From positions 1-34,696 of the IMG/VR virus record IMGVR_UViG_3300030095_003569: a stretch of DNA of 34,696 bases. One strand, 5' to 3'. A program made the translations under genes and the position numbers. Numbering within the stretch: the stretch's first letter is position 1; each line of letters begins with the position of its first letter. Under the pieces are notes generated by a model. That model was given only the letters and a program-made list of their open reading frames with translations, ran no database searches and was not told the origin of the DNA. Below, piece after piece: positions 19,059 through 27,197 of this stretch. Source of the stretch: a virus (taxonomy: Duplodnaviria; Caudoviricetes).

Positions 19059-19487
19059 CTATTTACAAGCTTGTTCAAGAAATTTCTGAGCAATTTCTGA
19101 AGAGGAGGTAACTTTATTTCCTCCAAGATTAAATATCATCGGTATTTCATTTTCCATACAAAAAGAAACTTCAGGAGTATTCGTTGGAATCCTATCCCCA
19201 CCATTAGCAAACACAAACGGAATCTTTTCTTTATGAATCACTTCTAAATTAGAAACGATTGTATTGTCTTTATCTTTGGCAGGAATTACTTTATCAACAT
19301 ACTGATTAGATTGTATAATACTTTCCCTTTGATCATAGTTCATTAGATTAAATCCTTTCTTTCTAATTAACCACTCATCAGAATTTACAATTGCCCAAAC
19401 GGTTCCAAGTTTATTTGCTTGTCGAAACATTTGAATATGGCCCGAATGTATTGGATCGAACCCTCCACTAACTATTATAATCATCAT
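19059..19487 (-). CDS. HxGH-family cytidylyl/adenylyltransferase (TagD / RfaE domain II-like)
   Basis: SGGFDPIHSGH, IVNSDEWLIRKKG, FANGGDR, KVTSSS. Confidence 0.85.
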   Translation of the reverse strand: MMIIIVSGGFDPIHSGHIQMFRQANKLGTVWAIVNSDEWLIRKKGFNLMNYDQRESIIQSNQYVDKVIPAKDKDNTIVSNLEVIHKEKIPFVFANGGDRIPTNTPEVSFCMENEIPMIFNLGGNKVTSSSEIAQKFLEQACK

Positions 19488-19809
19488 ATACCCTTATTAT
19501 ATCGTTTTCGTCTAATTTTTCACCGTTCCAAACCTCGAATATCCTTATATGGCCCATAGAGGCTCGTACACAATGAATTGTTCTTTTTGGGATATAAACC
19601 CTAGCTCCAGGCATAAAATCCCACCACCGGTCATCTATGAGGACCGAACTTTGGCCTTCTAGTATTTTCCAATGCTCTTCTCTAAAATTATGGTATTGAA
19701 CAGACATTGATCGTCCCGCATAGACATGAAGAATTTTTGCCACCATTTTTGGAGTTCTTTTTAATACTCTGTAAGTACCCCAAGGTCGGAAAACAATATC
19801 TTCTTTCAT
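19468..19809 (-). CDS. Cupin, mannose-6-phosphate isomerase type II C-terminal-like
   Basis: RPWGTY, MSVQYHNFREEHW, IPKRTIH, EVWNG..LDENDIIRVYD. Confidence 0.8.
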   Translation of the reverse strand: MKEDIVFRPWGTYRVLKRTPKMVAKILHVYAGRSMSVQYHNFREEHWKILEGQSSVLIDDRWWDFMPGARVYIPKRTIHCVRASMGHIRIFEVWNGEKLDENDIIRVYDDYNS

Positions 19810-19811
19810 AA

Positions 19812-20381
19812 TTACCTAAACGGTTGTCCCATAAACCAACAAACTAAACTGTGACGTGTTCCTTCTGTCACTGCCTTTATTCTATGAAGATTAAAAGAAG
19901 GAAACATAATCATATCTCCTTTATTTTTAAAACCTTCTATTGGTTCTATTTTACCATCCATATTCTTAACTTGTAAGATCCCTCCTTTATAATCTTCAAA
20001 ATTAGATAACTGAATACACATCGATAATTTTCTTATTAATCCCGGATAAGGACCATCAGGTTCTGGTGGATAAATGTCTCGATGCCATTGGTAGTGTTGT
20101 CCTTTTTTATATTCGGCAAACTGAGGACACTGTAAATTAGAAATATCAAATCCATAATATTCTTTATTAATTTCTGCTGCAATTTCACAAAGTTTAGGAA
20201 CAACCCAATGATCTATAGGATAGAATCTAATTTTAGAATTTCTATCTTTTTTTAAGTCTGCTTCTTTTTTCCACATAACACCAGCCAAATGCTCATCATA
20301 CGATGATGACTCTTCAATCATAGTATCGCATAGTTTTTTTGGAACAACTTCTGGTAACGTTAGGTATGTTTTATACATCAA
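19812..20381 (-). CDS. 2OG-Fe(II) oxygenase (PKHD / prolyl-4-hydroxylase-like)
   Basis: HxD (WHRD), RKLSMCIQLS..YKGG, FPS..LHRIKAVTEGTRHSLVCW. Confidence 0.85.
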   Translation of the reverse strand: MMYKTYLTLPEVVPKKLCDTMIEESSSYDEHLAGVMWKKEADLKKDRNSKIRFYPIDHWVVPKLCEIAAEINKEYYGFDISNLQCPQFAEYKKGQHYQWHRDIYPPEPDGPYPGLIRKLSMCIQLSNFEDYKGGILQVKNMDGKIEPIEGFKNKGDMIMFPSFNLHRIKAVTEGTRHSLVCWFMGQPFR

Positions 20382-22308
20382 CTACTTCACAAACTCCTGC
20401 GGTACAAGCCAATGTTTGAGATGATTTAGTGTGGTCTTCTTTTTCATAGTTCATTAACTCTTTCCAATTAATTTGTTTTGGCTGTTCTTTTTTTAACTTA
20501 TTATATGTGTCTTTGTCAATATCTTCATAAGGTGCTTGTTGATACACATGGCCAAAATTAGGTAAAAAAGAAACTCCTGTTAAATCTTCAAAGTTTCTCC
20601 AACACCAATCAGCTACACCAAGCCACTCATCATCATTAACCGAAACAGTTATACTTGGTTTATGTTCACACCAATGTTCAGCATAAATTAACCAATGTTC
20701 TAATTGTTCAATAGCCGTTCTAGCATGTCTGGTAATGCCATTTGACGGTGCTTTTTCTACAAAACTAAACACCGATGTAGAATCTGGTTTCATTACACAA
20801 CTTTCTGTAGGTATGTTTTGAGACATAAGAAACTGTGTTAGTGGATCTTTTTTATCTCCACGAACTCTTCTTATGTAATAATCATTGTGTCTTGCATGAA
20901 TACCCGAAGCTGCATTAACAAGTTGTGATACAGTACCAGATGGTTTTACACAAGTAATTGCAGTTGATTGATTAATGTTAAATTTTTTTGCCCATTCTTT
21001 ATTTGTTTCAATTGATGCTTGTTTCATTCTTACAAGCAAATCTTTTAATACTTCTTTATTAAAAATATCCCCACTTAATATTTTATGATCCATAATTCCT
21101 GTTAAAGAAACACCAAGCAATCTTTCTTTTTCAGTTGCCTCTTTCCAAGACTTACGAAGATACTTAAAAGAAGTTAACGTAGCCTGCATGGTTCCAAGAA
21201 TAGTTGCTGCTTTAACTTTATCTATCAAAGTCTGTTCACTATCATCATTTCTTACTACGATTTCACTGAGATTGCACACTTGGTGTGGTCGTAAAATTAT
21301 CTCTGAACAAGGATTGGTTCCAAACTCAAAATCAGTATCTCTTCGTTTGTTTTTGGCTGCAACTTTTTTACTTGCTTGTCTATTAAAGATTCCTCGTTCA
21401 CCACTACCTGATTTGTAGAGAGATAACCACTCTTCCATAAACACACCAATATTTTCTGGTTTGTTTTGATAAACAGCAGAGTTGTTGGATAAAGCACGTT
21501 GACTCTCGATACGGTACCACTCCCCTGATTTAGCATCTCTCATTTCTCTGTCATTTAAATCGGAGAGACTAATCATAGCTGATCGTCTTACTCCTCCGAC
21601 AACAACGATTTCTCCGACCTTACACACCAAGTCGTGGCATTCGAGAGAAGTGAGTCGTCGTCCTTGTGCTTTAGTAAACATCTCCGTGGCAAAGTTAAAG
21701 AGGTCGACAAGAGGGGCGGGACCAGAAGCTCGCCCACCGAATGTGTGAAGCCTTTCTCCAGCTCCTCGTACGTTAGAGATATCCCACTTTGGTATTTGCC
21801 CGGCATATAATAATGTAAGGATTTCCCGAAATGCTTTTGCCCACCCGAGCTTAGAATCTCGAACGACGATAGTAGTTTCAGTTGGATGCATATTATCAGC
21901 AACAATAGGCAAACTTTCAATGTACTTTTTTTCAACACTAAACCCCACTCCTGTTCCACACATTAAAACATATAATATTTCATCAAAAGCTTTGGGATGA
22001 TCAACAGGTATATAGGAACAATTATATCCTGCAATATTTTCTTTTTCCAAAGCTGGTCCTGCGGTCATCAATGCTCTCATTGACGGCATAACTTCTAAAT
22101 TTAAAACTTTATCTTCTAGGTATTCCCTAGTCTTTTGGTCAAGAATATAATTACAATTCTTTTTTAAATGTTTTTCAAAAAAATTAAAATATCGTGCAAC
22201 TGTTTCATGCCATTCTTCTCTTCTATTTTCTTCGGGCAGCCATCTAGCATATCGAGATTTGTGAATGAATTGTTGATATACAGATGGAAGTTCTTTAGTT
22301 GTCGTCAT
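20371..22308 (-). CDS. nrdJ: Class II (adenosylcobalamin-dependent) ribonucleotide reductase
   Basis: MPSMR, YNCSY, VVVGGVRRSA, GTNPCSEI, TCVKPSGTVS, C-terminal CTAGVC; no beta-subunit gene nearby. Confidence 0.92.
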   Translation of the reverse strand: MTTTKELPSVYQQFIHKSRYARWLPEENRREEWHETVARYFNFFEKHLKKNCNYILDQKTREYLEDKVLNLEVMPSMRALMTAGPALEKENIAGYNCSYIPVDHPKAFDEILYVLMCGTGVGFSVEKKYIESLPIVADNMHPTETTIVVRDSKLGWAKAFREILTLLYAGQIPKWDISNVRGAGERLHTFGGRASGPAPLVDLFNFATEMFTKAQGRRLTSLECHDLVCKVGEIVVVGGVRRSAMISLSDLNDREMRDAKSGEWYRIESQRALSNNSAVYQNKPENIGVFMEEWLSLYKSGSGERGIFNRQASKKVAAKNKRRDTDFEFGTNPCSEIILRPHQVCNLSEIVVRNDDSEQTLIDKVKAATILGTMQATLTSFKYLRKSWKEATEKERLLGVSLTGIMDHKILSGDIFNKEVLKDLLVRMKQASIETNKEWAKKFNINQSTAITCVKPSGTVSQLVNAASGIHARHNDYYIRRVRGDKKDPLTQFLMSQNIPTESCVMKPDSTSVFSFVEKAPSNGITRHARTAIEQLEHWLIYAEHWCEHKPSITVSVNDDEWLGVADWCWRNFEDLTGVSFLPNFGHVYQQAPYEDIDKDTYNKLKKEQPKQINWKELMNYEKEDHTKSSQTLACTAGVCEVVDV

Positions 22309-22550
22309 TTTTGTCTCCTTTTCATTGCAGTTAAGTTTCTAATATGGGTTACGGTCATAAAAACATTTAGGGTCATCATAAAATAAAAATTATTTTCAAT
22401 AACCCACAGCCACCAAAAAACTTGAGAAAATAATCCTATCCAAGGTGCTTTTAAAGAGCCATTTCCATAAAAATAAACAGAAACACAAGCACTTATTGCA
22501 GCACATATTTCAAGTATTGGGATATCACCGTAAGTTAATGAGTGTAGCAT
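22305..22550 (-). CDS. Small membrane protein (~3 TM)
   Basis: Three hydrophobic stretches, APWIGLFSQVFWWLW; overlaps the nrdJ start. Confidence 0.6.
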   Translation of the reverse strand: MLHSLTYGDIPILEICAAISACVSVYFYGNGSLKAPWIGLFSQVFWWLWVIENNFYFMMTLNVFMTVTHIRNLTAMKRRQK

Positions 22551-22980
22551 TTTTTATTGGAATATTAAAGAACAATTCTCCTTTTGCTTTAAATTTATTT
22601 GGAACTTCAGCAACTACTTCGTTTTTACATTCAGATCCTTTAATTGTCCATGCTTGTTTTAAATCTTTTCTTAAAATATAAAAAGTTAATTCATCTTTAT
22701 TTTTCATCATATCTATTAATCTTTTTTTTCTGTAAGGAATGTGTACTGTCTTCCAAGAAGAGGGCCACTCTTCTTTCCATCCTAGTTTTACTTCAACCTC
22801 GTGATAAGATTTAATTGGTTGTACTACCATTATATCGGCATCATAACTTTCAACATCAGGAAAAAGTTCACAACCTAAACTTTCTAAAAAACTACGAACA
22901 GCTAATTTTGCAACGTTATCCCACTCTTTATAATTGTTGTAATCAAATTTTCTTTTATTATTTTTTAAAGTATTTTCCAT
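22525..22980 (-). CDS. Putative PD-(D/E)XK-fold endonuclease
   Basis: YDADIMV...HEVEVK pattern; VHIPYRK. Confidence 0.5.
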   Translation of the reverse strand: MENTLKNNKRKFDYNNYKEWDNVAKLAVRSFLESLGCELFPDVESYDADIMVVQPIKSYHEVEVKLGWKEEWPSSWKTVHIPYRKKRLIDMMKNKDELTFYILRKDLKQAWTIKGSECKNEVVAEVPNKFKAKGELFFNIPIKNATLINLR

Positions 22981-23207
22981 TATTTTTTTGTTAGTAAATT
23001 AATATAACGATTTAAATACCACTGAGCTTTTTGTAAATCTTCTAATCGTTTACCTTTATAATTACATCTCCACGTGTATTTCATAACTTGTCCACGTAGA
23101 TACCCACGGTATTCTTCAGGTGTAAGTGCAGCCTCGATAGCTTCAATACACTCGATACCTTTTTCGTTATATTTATAATGAGTTGGGCTATTTATTAGGT
23201 CTTCCAT
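22980..23207 (-). CDS. DUF3310 protein (T7 gp1.7-like nucleotide kinase family)
   Basis: INSPTHY, IECIEAI, GQVMKYTWR..YKG..EDLQKAQWYL. Confidence 0.8.
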   Translation of the reverse strand: MEDLINSPTHYKYNEKGIECIEAIEAALTPEEYRGYLRGQVMKYTWRCNYKGKRLEDLQKAQWYLNRYINLLTKK

Positions 23208-23219
23208 TGTCGTCTCCTT

Positions 23220-23609
23220 TTAATCATCGATAACTTCATCGAGGGTTTTCATATTTAATAATACATTTAATCTTTTTCTTTGAAAATTAGTATCTTTAGG
23301 TTCTGTAATAAGTTTTTTAGCAAATGTTCTAACTTGTTGGTAATTAAGATTGGCAAGATCACATACATCAACAAACCAAGATGCAGTAACCCCTGTTTGT
23401 TTTGTAAACCAACGTACTGCATCGTGTTTAAAAATAAAACTTTCTTTAGATAAAACATTAGGAGAAGAGGCATCCAACAAAGCTTGGTAAATAACGGCTC
23501 TAAATAAAGTTCTTTCATTTTCGCCTTCCTTTGCTGTTGATTGATCTCCTTCCGATGAATCCACTGTGTATTTTATGTGTGTCTTGTATGTTGTTTTGTT
23601 GTTTTTCAT
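23220..23609 (-). CDS. Hypothetical phage protein
   Basis: LFRAVIYQALLDA...FVDVCDLA; overlaps the endonuclease 3' end. Confidence 0.6.
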   Translation of the reverse strand: MKNNKTTYKTHIKYTVDSSEGDQSTAKEGENERTLFRAVIYQALLDASSPNVLSKESFIFKHDAVRWFTKQTGVTASWFVDVCDLANLNYQQVRTFAKKLITEPKDTNFQRKRLNVLLNMKTLDEVIDD

Positions 23610-23988
23610 TAATCCACTCTATAGGTACGTATTTTTCAGCCCATAAAAAATTATTTTTACTTAGCCACTGAGCATAAGTTGTTTTACTTCCTTTGTAAAG
23701 TTTTGATTTAGAGTTTTGTAAAATAAAACGTATATCTAAATGTGGTAGTTGTTGTTTAATTAATAAATGTTTTTTTCTATCTTCTTTTACAAACCTACCT
23801 TTTATCTCTATGATAATTCCATTCTCTAATAAAACATCAGGAGTGTATGTATGATTAGATTCTGGAATGATATAATGAATTTTAATAGTTTCGTATTTAT
23901 AAGGAACTAATTTTTTTGTGAGGTGTTCACACACATTAGCTTCAAACTTAGACCTAAACTTTTTATTTTTTTTTAATTGTGGAACCAT
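23515..23988 (-). CDS. T7 gp3-like endonuclease I (Holliday junction resolvase)
   Basis: FRSKFE, YTPD, IIEIKGRF..EDRKKH, LDIRF, KTTYAQW. Confidence 0.9.
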   Translation of the reverse strand: MVPQLKKNKKFRSKFEANVCEHLTKKLVPYKYETIKIHYIIPESNHTYTPDVLLENGIIIEIKGRFVKEDRKKHLLIKQQLPHLDIRFILQNSKSKLYKGSKTTYAQWLSKNNFLWAEKYVPIEWINEKQQNNIQDTHKIHSGFIGRRSINSKGRRK

Positions 23989-24845
23989 TATGGAATATCC
24001 TCAGAAACATTTGGTTCTTTTTTTATCTCAGTAAACCATCTCGGTCCGTTGCTATAAATAAATTTTCTTAATCCTTTTCCATCGTTTGAATCATCCCAAC
24101 AATCTACCTTAAAAGAACAATAACTACATTCAACAGATAGTTTACGATTACCACTCATACCGTCCTCTATATCCTCGTAACATCTTGGTGGTATTTTATT
24201 TTTATCTGATAAACTTTTTTTTAATTTTTTTATTTTTTCTTTCATGTTGGGTAGGTCTTCAGTGTTTGGTGTTGCCAATGCAATTGCACCACTTGTTTTA
24301 TCGATAGCTAAAAAAGCTAATTTATCATTTGATTGAGCTTCTCCGTATGCTTTTATTTGAGACAAATAGCCAAAAGAATCATTTTCTTTTGTTATATTAT
24401 TTGCTTTAAATTTTTTAAACCCATATTGTGATGCAGACTTAACATCAACGACCCATCCATCTATATTTGCATCTTGATGTCCAACAACCTCTTCTAATTT
24501 TAATTCTTTCTGTTCATCAGACACTGTATGTCCTGCTGTTTTAGCAAAAAGCAACAACAGTTCTTCTAAAATATGTCCATATAAAAATTTTATTTTAACA
24601 TAAGGAGGGAGATGTTCTTTTAATTTTGGTTTATGATATTCGTACCACAACTGTCTAGCTGGCTTTCCTAAACCAGACATCCTTAATTTTCTTGGTTTTC
24701 CTTCTGAATTTTCTGTTAATGCAGTTAATATTGATTGGCTAACATTTTTACAAAATATATCCATATCTTTTTGAGTGGGTTTCTTTGAGTTTTTATCAAA
24801 GAGTCCATAAATATCAGATACTAAGGTTTGAATGTTAGCCATCAA
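23988..24845 (-). CDS. PD-(D/E)XK (Cas4-like) exonuclease
   Basis: LRMSGLG..RQLWY, GHQD, VDVKS, Q..AY, CSYCSFKVDCW. Start may be ATG 24842. Confidence 0.75.
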   Translation of the reverse strand: MMANIQTLVSDIYGLFDKNSKKPTQKDMDIFCKNVSQSILTALTENSEGKPRKLRMSGLGKPARQLWYEYHKPKLKEHLPPYVKIKFLYGHILEELLLLFAKTAGHTVSDEQKELKLEEVVGHQDANIDGWVVDVKSASQYGFKKFKANNITKENDSFGYLSQIKAYGEAQSNDKLAFLAIDKTSGAIALATPNTEDLPNMKEKIKKLKKSLSDKNKIPPRCYEDIEDGMSGNRKLSVECSYCSFKVDCWDDSNDGKGLRKFIYSNGPRWFTEIKKEPNVSEDIP

Positions 24846-24848
24846 TTA

Positions 24849-24900
24849 TTCCTTTTAGGAGTGTTTGTTAATAATACTAGGAGACAAACCTAAAAAGGAA
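24849..24900 (-). promoter_or_regulatory. Hairpin joining the ssb 3' end to the exonuclease SD
   Basis: On the - strand, TTCCTTTTTAGG pairs with CCTAAAAGGAA (one bulge); inner GTTTGT/ACAAAC stem. Confidence 0.55.
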
Positions 24901-25384
24901 GTTCATCGTCGAGTTCGTCTGTAGCACCTTTAGTAGACGTAGCTTTAAAACCTCCGTCAACATTTGGCAAGTCATCTGTATCTTTCTTATATTCTACAAG
25001 ATCAATAACTTGAACTGCTTTTAGACTAGCCCCAACACCTTTTTTACCACCATATGTCCAATCATAGACGTCAAATAAAACATTTACTTTTGAGCCGTTA
25101 CCAATTAATACTGTATCAGGAATTGGATTCTTAGTAGAATCAACAACTCTTACAGAAGTATTGATTGTTCCGTCTTTCTTCTTATGGTTTCTTTTAATTT
25201 TAATATAATCTCCTCGATCATCTCCATCATTCTTAACTCTTGGAGTTAGTCCTAAACTATCTAAAGTTTTTTTAGTTTTTGAATCAATGGCTACGTCGAT
25301 TGAATAAATTCCATCGGGATTGTATTGGTCGATGGCAGGTTTATGAACCTTTGCCCAATGTGATATACCAGAAATCATTGGCAT
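24890..25384 (-). CDS. ssb: Single-stranded DNA-binding protein (T7 gp2.5-like)
   Basis: WAKV, IGNGSKVNV, LKAVQVIDLVEY, acidic tail ending DDELPF; SD AAGGAG. Confidence 0.85.
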   Translation of the reverse strand: MPMISGISHWAKVHKPAIDQYNPDGIYSIDVAIDSKTKKTLDSLGLTPRVKNDGDDRGDYIKIKRNHKKKDGTINTSVRVVDSTKNPIPDTVLIGNGSKVNVLFDVYDWTYGGKKGVGASLKAVQVIDLVEYKKDTDDLPNVDGGFKATSTKGATDELDDELPF

Positions 25385-25442
25385 AATTATCTCCTTTTTT
25401 TAAAGTTGTGCCTTTAATTAATTAAAAGCTTTTCAATTATAA

Positions 25443-25471
25443 TTAATATAGTATTCAATACAATCTGTCAA
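25443..25471 (-). promoter_or_regulatory. Sigma70-type promoter for ssb operon
   Basis: TTGACA, 17 nt, TATTAA on the - strand. Confidence 0.7.
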
Positions 25472-25475
25472 ATGT

Positions 25476-27197
25476 TTAATGGGTTTCTGACCAATTATTT
25501 CCAATTGAATACTCACTGTCTAGTGGACAGTTAAAGTCTAATTGTTTTTCTACATCTTTCATTGCCTCCTTTGTTAAGTTACCAAATTCTTCAGCTTGTT
25601 CTTTTAAAACTTCAAACTGAACTTCATCATGGACATTAGCTACAGGTCTAGCATCCAAATTCTGTTGCCTTAATTTACGTACAATATTAACTAACCACAT
25701 TTTACAAACAATACTACCAGCTCCTTGTAATAGAACGTTTAACGCAGAATGTTGATTACGTACTGTCAGATATCTTCCGTCTACGGCTTTTATTCTTCCT
25801 GTTTTAGCCGATTGATCTACATAGTGTCTTAATCTTTTTAATGCAGGTATAGCATTTAAAAATCTTTCTCTTAACTGTCTTCCTCTTTGTATACCACCCC
25901 CAACAATAGATCCTATTTTTGCATCTCCAGCTCCATACAACCATGCATAAATAAATGTCTTTGCCGTAGGTCGGTCAGGAAGTTCAGCTAACTTTTGATT
26001 ATAAGTATGTATGTCTCCATGCACTACTTCTTGAGTATAGTCTGGATCATCAATATAGTGTGCAAAACATCTTAATTCTAAAGATGCTGCATCACTTCCT
26101 ATTAAAACATATTTATCTTGGTCTTCTATTGTCCAACACGATCTGCATTCTTTACCATAAGGTGAATACCCAGCTGGAATTTGAGCCATGTTGGGACTGT
26201 AATGACTCATTCTATGAGATACACAACCAAGTGTTATAACTTTGCCGTGAACTCTTCCGTTATCTTTTACAATATCGAGCCACGATTTAATTTGTGAAGT
26301 TCGTTTGTTCAATAATAAATAACGAGAAATTTTTTTTGCTTCAGTTAAATCAATTTTAGATAACACAGCTTCGTCAACAATTGGTCGTTTAGTTGGTGTA
26401 AATTTTTTTGGCTTCCAACCTAAAGATATAAGTCTTTCTGCAATTTGTTTACGAGAGCCTGGATTAAATATTTGTATTATATCTTTTAAAGAATTGCCCG
26501 TTTTTTCTGATATTCTTTTATGAGTAATGGGTGGAAATATTTCTTGTAACTCTTGTTTAATAATTTCAGACTCATCTGTAAGAGTCGCCACTAAAACATT
26601 AGCTTTTCTTTGGTCTAAATAAAATCCATTTCTTTCTTGCCAATTAATAATTGATCTAACTTTATGTTCAAGACTAACACTTTTTTTAGAAAAATCTTTA
26701 AGTTTTGTAGCCAAATATTTACAAACTCTACGTGTTAAGTCTACATCTGCCCTACAATATATAAGCATATTGTTACTGTAAGACTCAAAACTATCATCAA
26801 ACTCAATCTTTCCCTCTCCGTTTAATCTTTTGCCCCATGCCTTTAAACTATGTCCACCATCAATGTGTGATTGATACATTTGAGACAATAATAATGTGTC
26901 AATAATTTGATTAAATTTAATTTTAAGATTTAATAATTTATTTAAAACAGGCACATCAAAACTAATGCCATTATGCATAATATATTTTCTATTTGGATTT
27001 TCATTAACAAAATCAACAAACTTTGTATAACACTCGTCTTGTACAAAATCTAACATTTCTTCTGTTTCATAGTCTTGAACACAAATACAATGAATTAGTT
27101 TTGCATCCAAGCCGTCTGTTTCTATATCTAAAACAACTTTATTAAACGTTGAAGTCTTCATCATCATTTTTCTTTGTCTTAGATTTAGGGTCTTCAA
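25476..27197 (-). CDS. polA: DNA polymerase family A (T7 gp5-like), 3'-5' exonuclease + polymerase
   Basis: ExoI LDIET, HNGISFD, YCRADV; motif A DAASLELR; motif B RPTAKTFIYAWLYG; motif C VHDE. True start is probably one of the ATGs at 27161-27167. Confidence 0.95.
   Translation of the reverse strand: MKTLNLRQRKMMMKTSTFNKVVLDIETDGLDAKLIHCICVQDYETEEMLDFVQDECYTKFVDFVNENPNRKYIMHNGISFDVPVLNKLLNLKIKFNQIIDTLLLSQMYQSHIDGGHSLKAWGKRLNGEGKIEFDDSFESYSNNMLIYCRADVDLTRRVCKYLATKLKDFSKKSVSLEHKVRSIINWQERNGFYLDQRKANVLVATLTDESEIIKQELQEIFPPITHKRISEKTGNSLKDIIQIFNPGSRKQIAERLISLGWKPKKFTPTKRPIVDEAVLSKIDLTEAKKISRYLLLNKRTSQIKSWLDIVKDNGRVHGKVITLGCVSHRMSHYSPNMAQIPAGYSPYGKECRSCWTIEDQDKYVLIGSDAASLELRCFAHYIDDPDYTQEVVHGDIHTYNQKLAELPDRPTAKTFIYAWLYGAGDAKIGSIVGGGIQRGRQLRERFLNAIPALKRLRHYVDQSAKTGRIKAVDGRYLTVRNQHSALNVLLQGAGSIVCKMWLVNIVRKLRQQNLDARPVANVHDEVQFEVLKEQAEEFGNLTKEAMKDVEKQLDFNCPLDSEYSIGNNWSETH

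Noticed and set aside
19812-20381. TET/JBP-type oxygenase making 5hmC for glycosylation together with the C5-MTase and GTs
   Set aside because: Motifs match the PKHD/prolyl-hydroxylase type rather than TET/JBP, and the gene is over 11 kb from the MTase. DNA hypermodification is not excluded but is unsupported.
23988-24845. Cas4-like protein as evidence of CRISPR-Cas
   Set aside because: It lies between ssb and endonuclease I, the usual position of a phage exonuclease.
25476-27197. Intein, intron or HMO-2011-type DnaJ insertion in the polymerase
   Set aside because: The ORF is compact and continuous, with no CxxCxGxG repeats or splicing motifs.
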